Shown here: positions 54,744-64,000 of the stretch, in pieces
Layout: each line of letters starts with the position of its first letter
Numbering within the stretch: position 1 is the stretch's first letter
IMG/VR virus record: IMGVR_UViG_3300017763_000003
From: a virus
Length of the DNA stretch: 64,000 nucleotides
Direction: 5' to 3' (one strand)
Made by a program: the position numbers and the translations under genes
The notes under the pieces: model-generated
Databases searched by the model: none
What the model saw: the letters and a program-made list of their open reading frames with translations, nothing else
What the model was told of the DNA's origin: nothing

Positions 54744-57700
54744 ATGGCAAAAAAACTCATCGCAACTGGTTATACGATTAATGCAGCACAGAACCAGATT
54801 ACTGTTCCTGGCATTATTCAACCAGTAAGGTTGCTATTAATAACAGATATTAATAACAATACAATTTTATATAACTTCGCAGATCCAGCAACAGGTTTAG
54901 CCAATTTTGCTTACAACTATACTGCGGATACCACGACTTTCACTACTACACTTGACTTGAGTGCTAATGGTGTCGAAAACTCACACGGATTACAGATATT
55001 CTATGAAACAGACTTTTCTAGACAAGGGTTTGAAGAAGCGATGCTTGACCCTGTTAATAAGTTGCGTGTTTCAAACCCAGAGAACTTAATTGATACTGAC
55101 TTTGAGTATGGTCTTCAATCTTCTAAATGGGAAACTCTACAAACAGTTTTAAATATTCCTACAATTTATTCACAAGCAGGTGATGTACCTCTTGAGCAAT
55201 TAAGTTCAATTACAACTACTGCTAACTCTAAGCAAGTTAAAGTGACCACTACTGCCAACTCTGGTTTATCACTAGGGGATCCAGTTCTAGTACAAGGTAC
55301 GACACTAAATGCTGCAGATGGTTTCTTCTTAGTGTCTGGTTTAACTTCACAATTAGAATTCTTTTATGAAATGGATAATGCTGCAGAATCTACTGCAACT
55401 ATTTCAGGTTCATATACTTCAGTTATCCCTGCTAAATTCTTTGAGGGATCTAACTTAAATATAGATTTAACAAGTACTGCGATTGAAACTGATGGAGCAA
55501 ACCCATCTATAATGACAGTGACTACTGCTCAAACTCATGGACTTAAAGCTGGTACAAGAGTTTATTTAAGACAAACAGTTGGTCCGAAAAATTTAAGAAT
55601 CGCTGACCCAACTGCTAATGGTGGAAACGCACCTGATGGCGCACCATGGGTTGATACTCGTGCTACAATTACAACAACTACTACTGTAGATGCTACTACT
55701 GCTATCGGTGGTGGTGGTGCTCAAGAATTCCCTGTTGTCACTTGGGACTGGGAAGGTACATATAACTTGTATCTTGCTGCTTCAATGATTAATACAGGGT
55801 CAGATAGAATTACATGGACAAACCATGGATTTACTGATAATGCTTCACTAATATTTCAAACACAAATTAGAGGTCAAACGAATGGTGGTTTAGTAGATGG
55901 TACAGTTTACTATGTAAATGTTGTTGACGCAAACACAATCGAATTATATTCTGACTATGGTACTCTTGGTTCAAGAATGAATTTAACTTCTTTTGATTTT
56001 ACTAGAGGTCATCCTAGATTAACACTGGTATATAAAATCGAAGGAAATAATGGTACGCAAAGATTTACTGCTTTCTATAAAAGAAACCTAGTGACTGGTA
56101 GAGCTTTCCAAAACGCACAGGCAACTCAGAATACTACTAATACACAATCATTTAACTTTAGTATTACAACTTCAGGTTATACACCTATTAAAGCGACACT
56201 TACAAGAATCGCTTATGCTGGAAACTTAAACGATAGTGACGAAACAGTTGCTGTATCAATACAAGCTAGAAACTATCTAGGACTTGGATCTAATAACTAT
56301 GGTGTCACTGTTGGTGGTGTTGGTTCTTCAAACGGAAACCTTTACCCTAACGCAGATGTGACTCGTTGTATTTATCAACAAGGTTCTAACTTCTACTTAA
56401 CAACTTCATATACTCCAACTTCTTCAGTTATTGAAACTGATAAAGCTGGTTCTGTGACTACAGATTATCAATTAACTTTTTATGCAACTACTGACGAACT
56501 ACCAACTTCAATGAATACTGCACACTCTGGTGCTGACTTAGCATCTGGTAATAATAACTTCGGTCTTGGTGGTTCACAAGGTTCTAAATTATTTGCCTTT
56601 ACTGGCAGATCTTCTGGAGGATCTTCAGGTACTTCTGCTGATAACTATGCAAATAGTAATGACCCAGCTAGATTCGGTACAGGTATTCTAAGACAAACTG
56701 GTGCAGCAACTGCTTCATCAGTATCAGGTATTATTACAGTAAACCAATCAGATGCGAATGCTGAAGATTATTCTTCTAATAGTACGCATGTCTATTATGG
56801 TTTCGCAAACGAATTAACTTCTTATAGAAATACTATCTATGCTCAAGCACATAATTTTATTGATGGTAATTCTGCTGTTATTAATGTAAACTCATATTCT
56901 ACTACTAACAGATTTGAGTTCGTAGATTCTTCAGGAAATAATGTTCCTATTGCTCAAGCACAATTTAATGCTACGATTACTGTTATATCAGCTGACTATT
57001 TCAGATTACAAATTGCTCAGTCGCCAAATACTGATGATATATCGGCATTCCCTGAGTCATTTACAGTTGCTACAGCAACACCGAATACAACTTATAACTC
57101 AATTTATATTTCAAACCATAAATTAACAGGTGGTAATTTATCATCTTACTCTACTACAGGTACAGTAATTGGTGGTCTAACTGGTGGTGCTAACTACACA
57201 CTTCAGTACTTGAACGACTCCAGATTGATTATCAAGGATCCTAATTTATCCTCTGGAAGTGGTTCTGCTACTACAGGTGCATTTGGTAGTACTTCTAACA
57301 ATGCGTCTCAGTCGTTTACTGTAGATATCCAGACACCTCTTGGAATAACTCCATCAACTGCTACGATTACTCAAGTACAGTATAGAGGTGACTTTAGAAA
57401 TACAAACGAATATGTTGATTTAGCATTCTCTGATGGCGATACTTATAGGATTGGTTCAGAGGGTGGTCAGGATACTAACCAGTTCTTGATTGACTCAGCT
57501 TTCGGTTCTAAAAATATTTCAAACCTATTAACTGGTTCGCCTAAGTCTATTAATGTGACAGTAAGTCCATCCTCTCAGGTAAACTTCTCTGTACAAGGTA
57601 TGTCTAACTGGTGGGAAATAAGATTCGCAGTGACTGCTGCATCTGGTGATGTTATTCTATCATCTGCTGGTACAGGCGAACAATTATTTGAGTTGGCTGC

Positions 57701-60239
57701 AAACGAAGGTGCATACGATGGTGTGTATGGTATCGCTTCAGTTCCAAGTGCTACGACCTTTACTCTAAGTTCAGAGTTCCAGATTCCTAACAGGTTAATA
57801 ACATTTGATGGTTCTAGTAAAGTAAACAGTGGTACAGATAAAATTACACTAGGAACACAATCACCATTCCTTCCGCATAACTTATATCCTGGAGAGCAGG
57901 TCACTTATTCTAATGGTGGTAATACTGATATCGGTGTATTTACTGATGTATCTCAACTTTATGTTATAGCAAATAACTCTATTGATATTCAGTTAGCATC
58001 TTCTTATGCTTCTGCTATCGCAGGAACTGCTCTTAACTTAACAGCAACTTCTGGTACTCATACCCTTACATCTAACTCGCTAGTTAAGATGACAAAAGCT
58101 GATGGTAATGTAGATTTCGCTAATGGCGGAAATATGGTCACTGGTACGACTACTACATTCTTAAAAGATTATAAGAGATTCGATAAGATTTACATTATCG
58201 TGAATGACTTAATCAGAGCATTTACTGTTGACGCAGTTATGACTGATGAGAAAATGAGAATACAAGAAACATTCCCAGGAGCTGGTACTTCTGTTGAATA
58301 CTTTAAAATTACTCAGTTATCATTACGACCTGATGGATTCGCACTACATAAATCGTTTGATGGTGGTGTAGATATTACTGCGGGAACTTCGCCTAATAGT
58401 AAAATTGTTAGACAATCTCGTAAGTACTTTAGATATCAGTCTGGTAAAGGTATTCAAAACTCATTCGCGATTAACTTCTCGCCAGCAAAAGTTTTATCTT
58501 CACTAACTTATGCTTCAAGTGGTAATGTTGTTACAGCAATTACTCAGGAGCCACATAACTTAGTGGTCGGAGATAGGATTACTGTTGAAGGTGCAGAAGT
58601 GACACTAGGAGAAAACTTATATCTTGGTACATTCCAAGTAGCAAGTGTTCCTAACGCAACAACTTATACTTATGTTGCTGCTGGTACTATTACTCAAACA
58701 AAAGCTGCAGGATTCCCAGAATATTACAGAGAATCTTGGAACGACTCGTTCGTAAGAGCTGGTATGTTTGATGACCAGAATGGTTTCTTCTATGAGTACG
58801 ATGGTCAAAAACTATATTGTGTAAGACGATCTTCTACTCTACAGATTTCAGGTAAAGTAAACACTACTGCTAACTCTCAGGTTGTGACAGGTACGACTAC
58901 TTCGTTCACTACTCAGTTGGCTGCAGGCGACAAGTGTTCAATTAGGGGACAATCTTATCAGGTTGTTGCTGTTGACTCTGACCAAAGGATGATTATCCAA
59001 CCTGCATATAAAGGTATATCTTCTACCAATGTTAAAATTACTAAAACAGTGGATATTAAAGTAGCACAGGAAAACTGGAATGTTGACCCATGTGATGGAT
59101 TAGGTGATACAGGATTTAACTTGAATGTACATAAAATTCAAATGGGATATGCTGACTATTCTTGGTATGGTGCTGGTAAAATTAGATTTGGTTTCAAAGA
59201 TAGAAATGGTCATGTTCACTATAACCACGAATTTATTCACAATAACAGAATTAACGAATCATACTTCCGTTCAGGAAACTTGCCAGGACGATATGAGATT
59301 GAGAATGGAAACGCTCCATCCTCTGCTCCTACCTTGTTCCACTTTGGTACATCTATAATTATGGATGGTACTTTCGATGACGATAAGGCATACTTGTTCT
59401 CGGCTAATAGTAAACCAATGGTATTTAAAGCAGGTTCTACAACAACCTTTACTTCTGATGCAGTATCAACTTTCGATCTAGTGACTCTAGATAATAAGAG
59501 GGTATATGTTTATGCAGTACCTTGTTCAGAGTCTGAAGCACAAACAGTGACAGTGGGTCAGTTAATTAAAGACGCTGAAGGAAGAATACCTGCTGATGCT
59601 CTAGCTTATGTCACTCAGGTGATTGTAGATGGGTCTAACTCAAAAGTATTTACTTCTTATCCTGCTACTTCTAATGCACCAGAAACTGCTACTTATCCAA
59701 ACATAACATCTGGTGTCACTATGACAATTGGTGAGAATGCTTATGGTGGTGGCTCTGTTGATATGACAAGACCACACCCTCTAATCTCTATTAGATTGGC
59801 ACCTTCAGTTGACTCAGGTTTAACAGGTGCGATTGGTGAGAAAGAAGTTATCAACAGAATGATATTGTCACTAAACAACGCAGGTGTGACAACTAACAAA
59901 GACTTAACAGCATTCTTTATCTTGAATGGTTTACCATCTAAGCTAGATTATACTAATGTTCAAAACCCTGCTTTATCGCAACTTATCTCACATGATACAG
60001 GTGATATCGTTCAACAAGGTACAGTGGTGTTCTCACAAGCTGTGTCAACTGGTTCATTGAACATTGACTTGACTGCTTTGATTGATATGGGTAATAGTAT
60101 ATTGGGTGGTGACTCAGTATTCCCAGCTGGTCCAGACTTGATGACATTAGCAATACAGGCGAAGGATACTTCGACAATTACTGCTTCGTCACCATTTATC
60201 GTATCTGGTAAATTATCATGGAAAGAGTCGCAAACATAA
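54744..60239 (+). CDS. Large virion/fibre protein
   Basis: DPVNKLRVSNPENLIDTDFEYGLQ, RQSRKYFRYQSGKG, DYSWYGAG, ISIRLAPSVD; internal repeats. Confidence 0.8.
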   Translation: MAKKLIATGYTINAAQNQITVPGIIQPVRLLLITDINNNTILYNFADPATGLANFAYNYTADTTTFTTTLDLSANGVENSHGLQIFYETDFSRQGFEEAMLDPVNKLRVSNPENLIDTDFEYGLQSSKWETLQTVLNIPTIYSQAGDVPLEQLSSITTTANSKQVKVTTTANSGLSLGDPVLVQGTTLNAADGFFLVSGLTSQLEFFYEMDNAAESTATISGSYTSVIPAKFFEGSNLNIDLTSTAIETDGANPSIMTVTTAQTHGLKAGTRVYLRQTVGPKNLRIADPTANGGNAPDGAPWVDTRATITTTTTVDATTAIGGGGAQEFPVVTWDWEGTYNLYLAASMINTGSDRITWTNHGFTDNASLIFQTQIRGQTNGGLVDGTVYYVNVVDANTIELYSDYGTLGSRMNLTSFDFTRGHPRLTLVYKIEGNNGTQRFTAFYKRNLVTGRAFQNAQATQNTTNTQSFNFSITTSGYTPIKATLTRIAYAGNLNDSDETVAVSIQARNYLGLGSNNYGVTVGGVGSSNGNLYPNADVTRCIYQQGSNFYLTTSYTPTSSVIETDKAGSVTTDYQLTFYATTDELPTSMNTAHSGADLASGNNNFGLGGSQGSKLFAFTGRSSGGSSGTSADNYANSNDPARFGTGILRQTGAATASSVSGIITVNQSDANAEDYSSNSTHVYYGFANELTSYRNTIYAQAHNFIDGNSAVINVNSYSTTNRFEFVDSSGNNVPIAQAQFNATITVISADYFRLQIAQSPNTDDISAFPESFTVATATPNTTYNSIYISNHKLTGGNLSSYSTTGTVIGGLTGGANYTLQYLNDSRLIIKDPNLSSGSGSATTGAFGSTSNNASQSFTVDIQTPLGITPSTATITQVQYRGDFRNTNEYVDLAFSDGDTYRIGSEGGQDTNQFLIDSAFGSKNISNLLTGSPKSINVTVSPSSQVNFSVQGMSNWWEIRFAVTAASGDVILSSAGTGEQLFELAANEGAYDGVYGIASVPSATTFTLSSEFQIPNRLITFDGSSKVNSGTDKITLGTQSPFLPHNLYPGEQVTYSNGGNTDIGVFTDVSQLYVIANNSIDIQLASSYASAIAGTALNLTATSGTHTLTSNSLVKMTKADGNVDFANGGNMVTGTTTTFLKDYKRFDKIYIIVNDLIRAFTVDAVMTDEKMRIQETFPGAGTSVEYFKITQLSLRPDGFALHKSFDGGVDITAGTSPNSKIVRQSRKYFRYQSGKGIQNSFAINFSPAKVLSSLTYASSGNVVTAITQEPHNLVVGDRITVEGAEVTLGENLYLGTFQVASVPNATTYTYVAAGTITQTKAAGFPEYYRESWNDSFVRAGMFDDQNGFFYEYDGQKLYCVRRSSTLQISGKVNTTANSQVVTGTTTSFTTQLAAGDKCSIRGQSYQVVAVDSDQRMIIQPAYKGISSTNVKITKTVDIKVAQENWNVDPCDGLGDTGFNLNVHKIQMGYADYSWYGAGKIRFGFKDRNGHVHYNHEFIHNNRINESYFRSGNLPGRYEIENGNAPSSAPTLFHFGTSIIMDGTFDDDKAYLFSANSKPMVFKAGSTTTFTSDAVSTFDLVTLDNKRVYVYAVPCSESEAQTVTVGQLIKDAEGRIPADALAYVTQVIVDGSNSKVFTSYPATSNAPETATYPNITSGVTMTIGENAYGGGSVDMTRPHPLISIRLAPSVDSGLTGAIGEKEVINRMILSLNNAGVTTNKDLTAFFILNGLPSKLDYTNVQNPALSQLISHDTGDIVQQGTVVFSQAVSTGSLNIDLTALIDMGNSILGGDSVFPAGPDLMTLAIQAKDTSTITASSPFIVSGKLSWKESQT

Positions 60240-60251
60240 GAGGACTCTAAT

Positions 60252-60863
60252 ATGGCATATCTCGGCAGAGAAATACAGTTTGGCAGTTATGAGAAGCAAA
60301 CCTTTGCTACCAATGGGGCAGATACAAGTTTCACATTAAACTTCCCAGCACCTAGAGAAGAAGCACTTCTAGTAGTAAAAGATGGTGTGGTTCTAAAACC
60401 TGGAACTGGATATACTTTATCTAATGGTGGTGTTACAATTAATATTACAGGTGGAGCATTAGCATCTTCTGTAGATTTATATTGTGTATTCTTAGGAAAA
60501 GAACTTACCATACAAAATGTTGGTGACAATTCAGTCACCCATTCTAAACTTACTACACCTATACGACAGTCAGTAAAAACAGATTTTACTGTAATCAATA
60601 GTACTCAAACCCTTGTAGCTTCTAGGCATTATTTTGTTGACACTACAGCAGGTGTTGTGACTGTCACCTTTCCTGCATCTCCATCTCTTGGAGATACTGT
60701 ATATGTTTCTGATGCTTATGGGACTTGGGATACAAATAATTGTACTGTAAATCCTAATAACAATTCTATTAATGGCTCATCAGGAAACGCAACGCTCTCA
60801 TCAGAGTACGATTCAAAAGAATACATTTTTATTGGCGGAACAGCTGGTTGGCGAACTGTTTAA
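60252..60863 (+). CDS. Baseplate/fibre protein with gp9/gp10-like domain
   Basis: YFVDTTAGVVTVTFPASPSLGDTV..SD..GTW..NN.TV...GW. Confidence 0.7.
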   Translation: MAYLGREIQFGSYEKQTFATNGADTSFTLNFPAPREEALLVVKDGVVLKPGTGYTLSNGGVTINITGGALASSVDLYCVFLGKELTIQNVGDNSVTHSKLTTPIRQSVKTDFTVINSTQTLVASRHYFVDTTAGVVTVTFPASPSLGDTVYVSDAYGTWDTNNCTVNPNNNSINGSSGNATLSSEYDSKEYIFIGGTAGWRTV

Positions 60864-60892
60864 TTAACTAAATAGTCACTAAGGAGAACTTA

Positions 60893-61228
60893 ATGGCTGC
60901 AATTACAGATATATTCATTGACCAAGGAACTGACTTTACATTACAACTAAGTGTTGTAGATACAGTTGGTACTGCTAAGAATTTAACTGGGGCAACTATT
61001 ACAGCTCAAGCTAGGAAAGATTTCACTAGTGCAAATCCTACTGCTACATTTACTACTGCTGTGACTAACGCAATCGGTGGTGTATGTACTATAACTTTGC
61101 CAGCTGCAACTACTGCTGGCATAAAAGCAGGAAGATATGTTTACGATGTGAATGTATTAGATTCAACTAACACTACAACTAGAGCAGTCGAAGGATTAAT
61201 GACTGTAAGACCAGAGGTGACAAGATAA
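60893..61228 (+). CDS. Small Ig-like tail/baseplate protein
   Basis: IDQGTDF, AQARK, GRYVYDV, RAVEG...V.PEVT; ACTAAATA at 60867. Confidence 0.75.
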   Translation: MAAITDIFIDQGTDFTLQLSVVDTVGTAKNLTGATITAQARKDFTSANPTATFTTAVTNAIGGVCTITLPAATTAGIKAGRYVYDVNVLDSTNTTTRAVEGLMTVRPEVTR

Positions 61229-61527
61229 TGCCTGATGTAAAAAGTACGATAGCAACGCAAGAAGGAACTAATCCTACAGTTCCAAGTACAGGTACACAGA
61301 CTACAACTACTATTACTACTGGTACAAGTCAATCGGCTACTGTATCATCTGTAGGTGTTGCTGGAACAAGTGGTACTGCTGTAAATTTAGAGCAGGGTCA
61401 AAATGTAGATGCTACAACTGATGGTTTACAAAATGGATCTATCTTAGTATATAAAACAGCGACCTCCCAATGGCAGGTCACAAAATTAATGAACGAGGGT
61501 CAACAGCTCGATTCAGGAGAATTTTAA
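61228..61527 (+). CDS. Small Thr-rich virion protein
   Basis: NGSILVY....W, ends LDSGEF. Confidence 0.7.
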   Translation: MPDVKSTIATQEGTNPTVPSTGTQTTTTITTGTSQSATVSSVGVAGTSGTAVNLEQGQNVDATTDGLQNGSILVYKTATSQWQVTKLMNEGQQLDSGEF

Positions 61528-61539
61528 TAGGAGACAAAG

Positions 61540-63375
61540 ATGGCAGCAATTGTTAGAATAAAAAGATCGGCGACTTCGGGTAATCCCACCACACTTGGTG
61601 CAGGAGAACTCGCATATTCAGGTCTTACCGATAATGGATCCAATGGTGGTGATAGACTATATGTTGGATTCGGTACAGAAACTGCAGGTAATGCAGCAAA
61701 CCACTTCGTAATAGGTGGTAAATATTTTACAGATGAAGTAGATGCAGCAACGACTGCTAATACAGCAAGTACGATTGTAAAACGAAATGGAAGTGGAAAC
61801 TTCTCAGCAGGAACTATTACTGCTACACTAAGTGGTAATGCTACATCAGCAACTTCTGCTGCAGCTTGGACTACTGGAAGAACTATAACTATCGATGGCG
61901 ATGTAGATGGTTCTGCTTCAGGTGTTGATGGTTCAGGTGATGTTACAATTACTACTGCCTTAGATGCTACAGGAGTCTCCGCAGGATCTTATGGTAGTAC
62001 AACTGCTATCCCAATTATTACTGTTGATGCTAAGGGTCGTATTACTGCTGCAAGTACTGGCTCAATATCAACTTCATTTACACTAACTGATGGATCTAAT
62101 TCAGAAACTATCGCAGGTGGCAACACATTAACTGTCACAGCTGGTGAAGGTATTGATGCAGTAGTTGGTTCAACTGATACTCTAACTATTTCAGCAGAAG
62201 ATGCTACCTCTTCTAATAAAGGTATTGCTTCTTTCGGTGGAGACTTTAGTGTATCAAGTGGTGCTGTATCACTAGCTAATAACTCAGTCACAATCGGATC
62301 TGACGCAGTAGCACTAGGTGGTTCAAGAACAGATATAAATGGATTAACAAGTTTAGATGTAGATAATATGACATTAGATGCTAATGCTATTTCTACAACA
62401 GATACAAATGGAAATTTAGAACTATCGCCAAATGGTACTGGTACTGTTGTTGTTCCAGCTTCATACGAAGCTAGAGCAGGTTTCTCAAGTCAATCGCTAG
62501 TAAATAAATCATATGTTGATTCGGTCACTTCAGGTTTATCAGTTAAGTCGCCTGTTAAAGTGGCTACTACTGGCAACCTTGCTGCAACTTATAATAATGG
62601 AGCAGGTACATTAACAGCAAACTCTAACTTCGCATTATCAGTTGATGGTGTCACAGTTTCAGTAAACGATAGAGTATTAGTTAAAGACCAAAGTACTGCT
62701 GCTCAAAATGGTTTTTATAAAGTCACAGCTACTGGTTCAGGATCTGCTGCTTTCGTTTTAACCAGAACTCCTGACGCAGATGCTGCTTCAGAATTAGTTG
62801 CTGGTGCATTCGCTTTCGTTGAAGAAGGAACTGCTAACGCAGATAATGGTTATGTACTATCAACTGATGGAGCTGTCACACTAGGTACGACTGCTATTAA
62901 CTTTGAGCAGTTTTCAGGTGCTGGGCAAATTAGTGCTGGTGATGGTTTAGCAAAAACAGGAAACTCATTATCTTTAAATGTAGATAATAGTTCAATAGAA
63001 ATAAATGCTGATACTGCTAGAGTGAAAGCATTAGGTGTTACCAATGCTATGTTAGCAGGAAGTATTACCAATGCAAAATTATCAAACTCAAGTGTCACAA
63101 TTAATAGTAATTCGCTCGCATTAGGTGCTTCTTTAACACTAGATTCAGACGACATAGGCGAAGGATCTACAAACGAATACTTTACTAATACCAGAGCAAG
63201 AGGTGCACTAAGTGTGACATCTTCAACTGGTTTAACATATAATAATAGTACAGGTGTTCTAGCAGGTCTTGACGCAACAGCATCGGTGAAAGGTATAGCA
63301 TCTTTCGCTTCAGCAAACTTTACAGTCACAAGTGGAGCAGTAGCAATAACTGGTGTTGATGGCGGAACATACTAA
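61540..63375 (+). CDS. Tail fibre protein
   Basis: IVRIKRS...P..L.AGELAY, NKSYVD, RVLVKDQ..AQNG.Y, VEEGT, ends VDGGTY. Confidence 0.85.
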   Translation: MAAIVRIKRSATSGNPTTLGAGELAYSGLTDNGSNGGDRLYVGFGTETAGNAANHFVIGGKYFTDEVDAATTANTASTIVKRNGSGNFSAGTITATLSGNATSATSAAAWTTGRTITIDGDVDGSASGVDGSGDVTITTALDATGVSAGSYGSTTAIPIITVDAKGRITAASTGSISTSFTLTDGSNSETIAGGNTLTVTAGEGIDAVVGSTDTLTISAEDATSSNKGIASFGGDFSVSSGAVSLANNSVTIGSDAVALGGSRTDINGLTSLDVDNMTLDANAISTTDTNGNLELSPNGTGTVVVPASYEARAGFSSQSLVNKSYVDSVTSGLSVKSPVKVATTGNLAATYNNGAGTLTANSNFALSVDGVTVSVNDRVLVKDQSTAAQNGFYKVTATGSGSAAFVLTRTPDADAASELVAGAFAFVEEGTANADNGYVLSTDGAVTLGTTAINFEQFSGAGQISAGDGLAKTGNSLSLNVDNSSIEINADTARVKALGVTNAMLAGSITNAKLSNSSVTINSNSLALGASLTLDSDDIGEGSTNEYFTNTRARGALSVTSSTGLTYNNSTGVLAGLDATASVKGIASFASANFTVTSGAVAITGVDGGTY

Positions 63376-63425
63376 AAGTTATAAGAAATAGTTTTTTTAT
63401 AACTAATTTAATTTAGGAATGGTTT

Positions 63426-64000
63426 ATGTCCACTGTAATAAAAGTAAAAAGATCTGAAGTCGCATCAAGTGTTCCAAGCACTTCTGATTTAGCTGTCGGC
63501 GAAATTGCAGTAAATACCCAAGATAAAAAGATTTATGTTCGTGCTTCAGGTGGTGTAGTAGAAGTTGCGAATGTTGTAGCAGGTGGTGCTTCAGGAGATA
63601 TTACCGAAGTTCTTACTGCAACTGGTTCAGGTTTAACAGGTGGCTCTACTTCTGGTTCAGCAAATCTAGCAATTAATGTAGACGATTCTTCTCTACAAAT
63701 ATCAGGAAATACAGTACAAGTAAAAGCAAGTGGTGTCACGAATGCCATGCTTGCTAATTCAGGTGTGACTATAAACTCACAGTCATTATCATTAGGTGGT
63801 ACACTAACATTAGACTCAGATAATATTGGTGAAGGATCTACTAATCTTTACTACTCTAATGAACGAGTTGATGATAGAATATCAGCTCTAGTTCAAAATG
63901 GTACAGGTCTTTCTTGGACTTACGATGACAACGCAAACTCATTTACACCTGCTGTCACACTTTCGCCTTTTGATACTGATAATTTATCAGAAGGATCTAC
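63426..64000 (+). CDS. Tail fibre protein, truncated by window end (not in ORF track)
   Basis: MSTVIKVKRS..VPSTSDLAVGEIAVNT.DKKIY; open to the end; EGSTNLYY repeat. Confidence 0.85.
   Translation, partial: MSTVIKVKRSEVASSVPSTSDLAVGEIAVNTQDKKIYVRASGGVVEVANVVAGGASGDITEVLTATGSGLTGGSTSGSANLAINVDDSSLQISGNTVQVKASGVTNAMLANSGVTINSQSLSLGGTLTLDSDNIGEGSTNLYYSNERVDDRISALVQNGTGLSWTYDDNANSFTPAVTLSPFDTDNLSEGS

Noticed and set aside
20430-63748. Many antisense ORFs opposite structural genes
   Set aside because: Shadow frames of Gly/Thr/Ser/Ala-rich genes without SD or motifs; those opposite gene 5 showed no recognisable RepE-like features
61540-64000. Diversity-generating retroelement at the fibre genes
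   Set aside because: No reverse transcriptase, and the repeat differences are not adenine-specific
1-64000. Stop-codon reassignment, introns, inteins, integrase
   Set aside because: Core genes are full length and tightly packed under the standard code; no such motifs seen

Overview
This window is part of a large, AT-rich T4-like myophage genome, probably from an uncultured aquatic phage of a heterotrophic proteobacterium. That host assignment is inferred from sigma70/IHF-type promoters, an AOX and a c-type cytochrome, and the absence of photosynthesis genes. 1-14.8 kb is an accessory/metabolic block: two paralogous HxD...H oxygenases, an intact FabF-like ketosynthase, MazG-like, HAD and SpoT-like HD hydrolases, cytochrome c, DenV-like glycosylase, ThyX, alternative oxidase, an AurF-like diiron protein, PhoH, endolysin, exonuclease, peroxiredoxin and a GH73 hydrolase. 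14.9-20.3 kb holds early genes, then gp33, gp59 and gp32. 20.3-27.3 kb is a minus-strand late block (gp29-like, gp51, gp26, gp16, gp54, two AspH-like hydroxylases, gp2, nuclease, gp4). 27.4-64 kb is a plus-strand baseplate/tail block (gp48, 53, 27, 5, PAAR, 25, 6, 7, 8, large virion and fibre proteins). The most notable observations are: a phage-borne ketosynthase next to oxygenases; a respiratory/redox gene set; two unannotated structured RNA candidates; twin IHF-site early promoters; leaderless starts; motif avoidance written into synonymous codons; and a GC dome with a skew flip over gene 5. All calls come from motif recognition by eye; no database searches were run.
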